64,000 nucleotides of DNA, taken from Lingula anatina. Its lineage: Eukaryota; Animalia; Brachiopoda. The stretch covers positions 1,364,001-1,428,000 of the forward strand of contig CM120646.1 in assembly GCA_051362555.1 (NCBI GenBank), read 5' to 3'. The notes beneath the pieces were generated by a model. That model did no database searches. It saw nothing but the letters and a program-made list of their open reading frames with translations, and was not told the DNA's origin. Both the position numbers and the translations under genes were made by a program. Below, piece after piece: positions 58,972-64,000 of this stretch (positions are counted from its first letter, which is position 1; every line of letters starts with the position of its first letter).

Positions 58972-61900
58972 CAGTGGTCGGAATAATTTTGTTTCCGTTG
59001 TACACCGGTGTAACCACGTTCGAAATGTTTTAATCCCTATCTTGTGAATAGAAGGGGGCGGACAAACAATGGAGGGCCGTATAAATCCCTTCAAAATTCG
59101 AACGCACAAACACAATAGCTTAGGTGGAATAACACAATACTTAATACGTGTGAACCCCATGACGCCGGTTTCTGTGGCCCAGCGCGAGCGTGACAATTCG
59201 CTGTAACTAGGTGTAATTAACAGCAGGATACATCAGCCAGAAGGTCCCTATTGTTTGTTGCGGCGATAGGATTATAGCTTGAAGAGGCTAAACCCATGCT
59301 AAGGCGTGCCACGCGAAGCGAACTGTCCTTTGTTCACTAGTTTGGCACGCGCAGCTGGTTTTTAGTGTTGCTAACAAACTGCTAGTTAAATTTGTTATCA
59401 GTTATTTCATCCTATATGAAATTTCCGCAGTCAAAAATTGAACTAATTATTGTTTGTTTGGTTGAAATGCATGAGCGTCGGCATCAATCTGTCTCAAAAA
59501 ATTCCTATTGCATTAATTTATAAATGTATAATTTATTTATGTACTTACGTTTTAATTTGAAATATCTGCATTCAAGCGTTCAAGTATTTATAAAACATGA
59601 ATGATAATGAAAGAGGAATAAGGAAATAACATATTACTTATATTATGCTTATATTATAATATTGAAATTAAATGAGGTGCATTGACATAGGCGCAATGAC
59701 AATCCAACTACAACGTGCAACAGGGGGAAGTCTGGCTGTATGATCATACAATATACGAAAGTACGGTCAATTAAAAATTGTAAATCATCATTAAATAGGA
59801 GGGGGTCTTACTATGGTCGCTATCTATTGTTAAACCCGACTGTTATTGTCTCTCGAACAAGCTTAAAGCATGCCTATACAATTACTGTGTCTCCGGCTGC
59901 CGTTCAGAAACACCATGTCGAACGTATTTTGCTACAGTGAGAAACATGGTACACTAGCGACTTGTTTTAGATCACTCAAGAAAGGATGCATACGTGCGAC
60001 ACCAGAGGAAAAACAATCAAGTATGCGTCTGATCCATTAATAGTAATTGCACAGTGCATGTTACTAGACCTTTGTCCTAACTCAGTAGTTAGGAATAGGA
60101 TGTTTGGATAAAAAGCTTCTATTCAACTCGCTTAGACCTAGGGCGTGATGCTATCATCCGATGAAACACGTAACTGCACCCTCTACCTGAACCTGAAGTC
60201 CCTTTATCTGAAACAAAAACTGCCCCTTGAACATGTCCATTTTTTAATCGTCAAATGATTTGTGATTTCATTGAACGTCTTTGATCGAAAGCTTTCAAGT
60301 GACAATAACCGAACCGTGTGTTGATTATTTATTAAAGCGTAATTAAGTTTATTCAACATGATCTATTTTGTAAACGATACTTGCCAAGATTGAGCTTGGA
60401 TTGATCACCGTCACTATTTAGCTACTCGCCTATAATGCGTGCTGAACGACAGACAACTTAAAACATTATCTGTGTAACTGTGCAAATGCAAATGTTAAAA
60501 TATAACAAAGCCGGCATCTAATCCATCGAACATATTTATATTTGTTCTTTTTAAACCAGTGTAAGGGTAACGCCAAATCAAAGCAAGCCTTGCAGACTGG
60601 TTTTGTTTAAACTGTCGTGCATCAAGTAAAGCTAAGTAAAGCCTGTTTCTACTTCGCAGTGTTCATCCCAGCCATAAAACTGCATGAAGGATAACAAGAC
60701 TCCGTAGACCTGTGCTTCAGGTTTCCAGGAGTCCCGTGTAACACAATAATATCGAAGGCCTGAGAGTAATACATATGAGGCCGTGTATGAAAGATTTAAC
60801 AAATTAGAAATTCAAGAATTTAAACATGCTAGGTACATGCACATCACTTAATAATTCATTTCACAAAAATCGCATCTAATTGTTTAGATTAACCTTTACT
60901 TTTATCGATCTCATCCCATTGTCTCAACCACCTAAAAGAAATATAGAGAACATGAGGAAAAGTAACACGTTTACATGCAGGCGAAGGAGTTATACTTCAA
61001 TATTAATCGCGAACAATATCAACAGCGACTAAAGACCGTTGCCTGTCTTTCACACTTTTACACAAACACACGAAGGTTTAATAAAGGGAGTCGCGGCGCG
61101 ATATCTACAGGTATCTCTTTCATTCGAACAAGCAAAGGGCTGACCCGAAGTAAGCTTTCTATACTAATGTCCTTTTTATTGTGTATTGTAATTACTCTAC
61201 TTGCTCGCCTACATTGTCTTGTAAAAGTGACAAAGAATGTGTTGTATTCACACACGAGATGAAAGAACTCCTTTACCTTAAGTTGCATAATGTCTTTCTC
61301 AAGGTTATAATCAGTGTGAAGAGGGTGTCTTGCCTCATTTAAAAAGGGTGTTGTTCTTCATACTGGTTGTTGCTTAACTTATGCTAATCTTAAACTTTTA
61401 TGTACCAATATGGTTTTAATAAATCGCTAAAATTATTAATTTAATGAACATTGTGTATCAAACGTTTTGATACGATTTAAATAAATGGACGAGGAGGATT
61501 ACGGTATTAGGTTCTATTTACCTCTGGCTTTAACTTCGCCCTGCTATATAAATGAACAAATGTTGCAGATCGTAACAAAAAACTTTCTTATAGTGTTTTA
61601 TGACATATATGATTTACACATTTGATAGTGAAACACTCCTCGACTTTAACGAATCACCTGACGTAAACTGTCTACCCGCGCTCCCCGAAAAAAACTGTTT
61701 CTTTTAATTTTGAAATGAATTGCTTTTAAGGCAAAGAAGTCCATTAAACCCTTTAGTCTCAATATCATTGTACAGCATGTTGTAATCGATATTTAAAAAA
61801 GTTAATTTTTGTACTCCGCTTTCATCGAGGATACCTCAAGTTGAGGTTACAATTACGTCGCTCGCCTATGCTACTGGAATATATATTTAAGGACAAATTA

Positions 61901-63360
61901 CGCTTTGTAAAGTCCCTATTGTCACACACCATAGATACTTTATTTTGTCTTGAATGAAAAAATAGCCTCAAATTATCGTTTTGTGCTTAAACCTTTCATT
62001 ACTTGAACCAAGATCTGTACTATAGCTACCAAGACGTACATGCATCAAGTTGGGTCTGCTGGGGGAGGGGAGCATTTAAATGATAAACGAGGAAGTCTAC
62101 CTGCAAAAGCAGCAGCAGTGGTTTAAATAATCGCTATCTAGACTCCTTTTTCTTTGACAGCAACATAAAAAGTGTTTAGGGAGAAAGTCACACAAAGACC
62201 CGACGTTGTTTTGTCTTCAGCATTTCCTCTTCCTTGTTATCTGCAATTACTATCGTCAATTAATGAAATCGAGAAAGCAATTAAGTGACGGCACATTGAA
62301 TATAGTCACTAGGTGCATTTCGCTGAGTGTTTACAAGATCTAGCGACACATTTTATCGCCACGCGTTCTAGTTTGATTAGTTTAGATAATTAAACAGTTA
62401 CTCTGTCGGCTCTCCGTCATTGCTATGAATCTGACATCGAATTTAGTCCAAAATATTAGTAAATTCAGAATTATTAGCTAAAACGTAAATTGCCCTAATT
62501 TGTCAGATAATCAAAAATGCCGGTGATCCACGCGGAGGGTACGCTTTCCTGAAGGTAGCGGCGACGAACGGCGACGATATTTTTCTGAAAAGTGAACCTT
62601 TATTAGTTACGAAAAGCCCCCTTTTCAACAGGCGCGTTTTATTAATTACTTCATGTCACAAAGTTAATTTATACAGGCAAAACTTTATTTTAAGGAAATA
62701 GTTTCACGAAATGAACGAGAGTAAAATATTAGTCGGCACAAATATAAGGCATACAACAATGAGTCATGTTATGGATCATGTTATGGGCCATGTCGGATTA
62801 TAATGGCATACCTTGATGCAAAACAGTCTATCGTTTCTTCCACCGCGAGTCCCTTTATTTAATGTAATGTATTACTCATTACCCGTTTCATTTGACACTC
62901 TCTCTTTTTATCTCCCTTCCCCTTTCTCTTGTTAGAAGGAGGGTACATAAGTAAGCACTCAAAATCTGCACCACCAATCTTCAGAAAAACAGAAGTCAAC
63001 GAACCAGTGGGCTGATCCACAACATCTGACACAGCAGAATGAATCAAATAACAGCTAGCACAAATTTATATGCAGTTAGCTATAGTGCCACTACATGTAC
63101 ATACATAATCAGCTGCACGCGCGAAGCTGTTGAACAAAAGGATAGTTCGCTACGGGAGACCGTTTGTTTACGTAAGTACTCTAAGGGGGCGTGGCTACCC
63201 AGGCGACCAAGGGATTAGGCTAGTTACTATATGCCGTCAACAATCGTTTAGCGACCCTATCATTATACACTCTCTCTATTGTATTTTCCACCGCATTAAT
63301 CGCAGTGTAATCTTCAAATGGTCCACGGGGTAAATGTACACATTCTTAATCCGAGTACGG
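58972..63360. mobile_element. 4.39-kb TA-flanked insertion, probable non-autonomous Tc1/mariner-pogo-type element
   Basis: Splits the repeat motif gttcaactaaat|gtgattcactcactttc (intact at ~56103-56131). TA at 58970-58971 and 63361-63362; imperfect TIRs cagtggtcggaataa / ttaatccgagtacgg; no transposase ORF. Confidence 0.7.
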
Positions 63361-63830
63361 TATGATTCACTCACTTTCTTTTTTCTCTTTCTGTTCAAAC
63401 ATAAGCGATGACATAAGTTATACAATTAACCATTTGTTTTTCCTCTAGCCATTTTTTTATGAACAAAACTACTTTGGATTTTCCGTCAAAGGGGTTTTCG
63501 CAAAGGAGTGGGAGTGTGCTTAAATAACCTTATCTTAAATGTGGATTTTGTAGCCTCATCCGCCAATAAAATTATAGCAATTATGTATTCTAAATTACCT
63601 CTATTTTTGTGAATTCAGAATTCATATGTACAGTGTATACTAGTAAGTCTATATACCTATATTTTTAATTAACATCTATACCCAATGCTCTCCACTATAT
63701 ACATGTAGGTGGTTTACTGATTGAAAATTTAAGTTTGTATGCCAACATATTAAATAAAATAATAACAAACATTTTTTTTCTGTGAAAGGAACACTTAAAG
63801 GGCCCTTAGTGCTTCCACCCACCTTAGGCT
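63361..63830 (+). repeat. Continuation of the mosaic repeat after the insertion
   Basis: Aligns with 56115-56410. Confidence 0.8.
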
Positions 63831-64000
63831 TACAGATATAGTGTGTGGGTTTTGTAATACAAACCTAATTGCTCTATACTCGAAATTGCATTTTCAAACA
63901 GCGAGTGCTTGTTCGTACATGTTTATGCCGGCTAAACTGTCCCATTGTCGGAGATACAATTTTCCACTGGTACCTTTCAGTCACCAGCTGATGACCTGCA

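Noticed and set aside
1-64000. tRNA or rRNA genes
   Set aside because: No cloverleaf or conserved rRNA motifs were recognised by eye; a tRNAscan-SE or Infernal run would be needed to exclude them.

Overview
AT-rich, repeat-dense eukaryotic genomic DNA, most likely from an invertebrate animal. It has GT-AG introns, microsatellites and LINE relics, and nothing prokaryotic. Two things stand out. (1) A complete, apparently young 15,069-bp Maverick/Polinton (adintovirus-like endogenous virus) lies at 37163-52231, with perfect 139-bp AGTAGT-terminated TIRs and a 6-bp TSD (CCCAAG). It encodes a protein-primed PolB split by two spliceosomal introns, a packaging ATPase, an adenain-like protease, major and minor capsid proteins, a chromo-integrase and PW/PZ-like proteins. 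Accessory genes are a single-BIR (IAP-like) protein, a tandem PC4-like protein and a small BC-box-like ORF. (2) About 4 kb to its left is a convergent, inverted pair of intact Mab-21/cGAS-like receptor (cGLR) ORFs (24233-26599 +, 30917-33148 -). Each is fused in frame to a C-terminal SGNH/GDSL hydrolase domain resembling a LINE ORF1 esterase, which is the most unusual host feature here. The remainder is nested transposon debris: a shuffled mosaic repeat family that partly forms an inverted frame around the central ~36 kb, L2/CR1 and RTEX-type LINE fragments (some with TSDs), MITEs and non-autonomous DNA elements. All family assignments come from motif recognition by eye; no database search was run.
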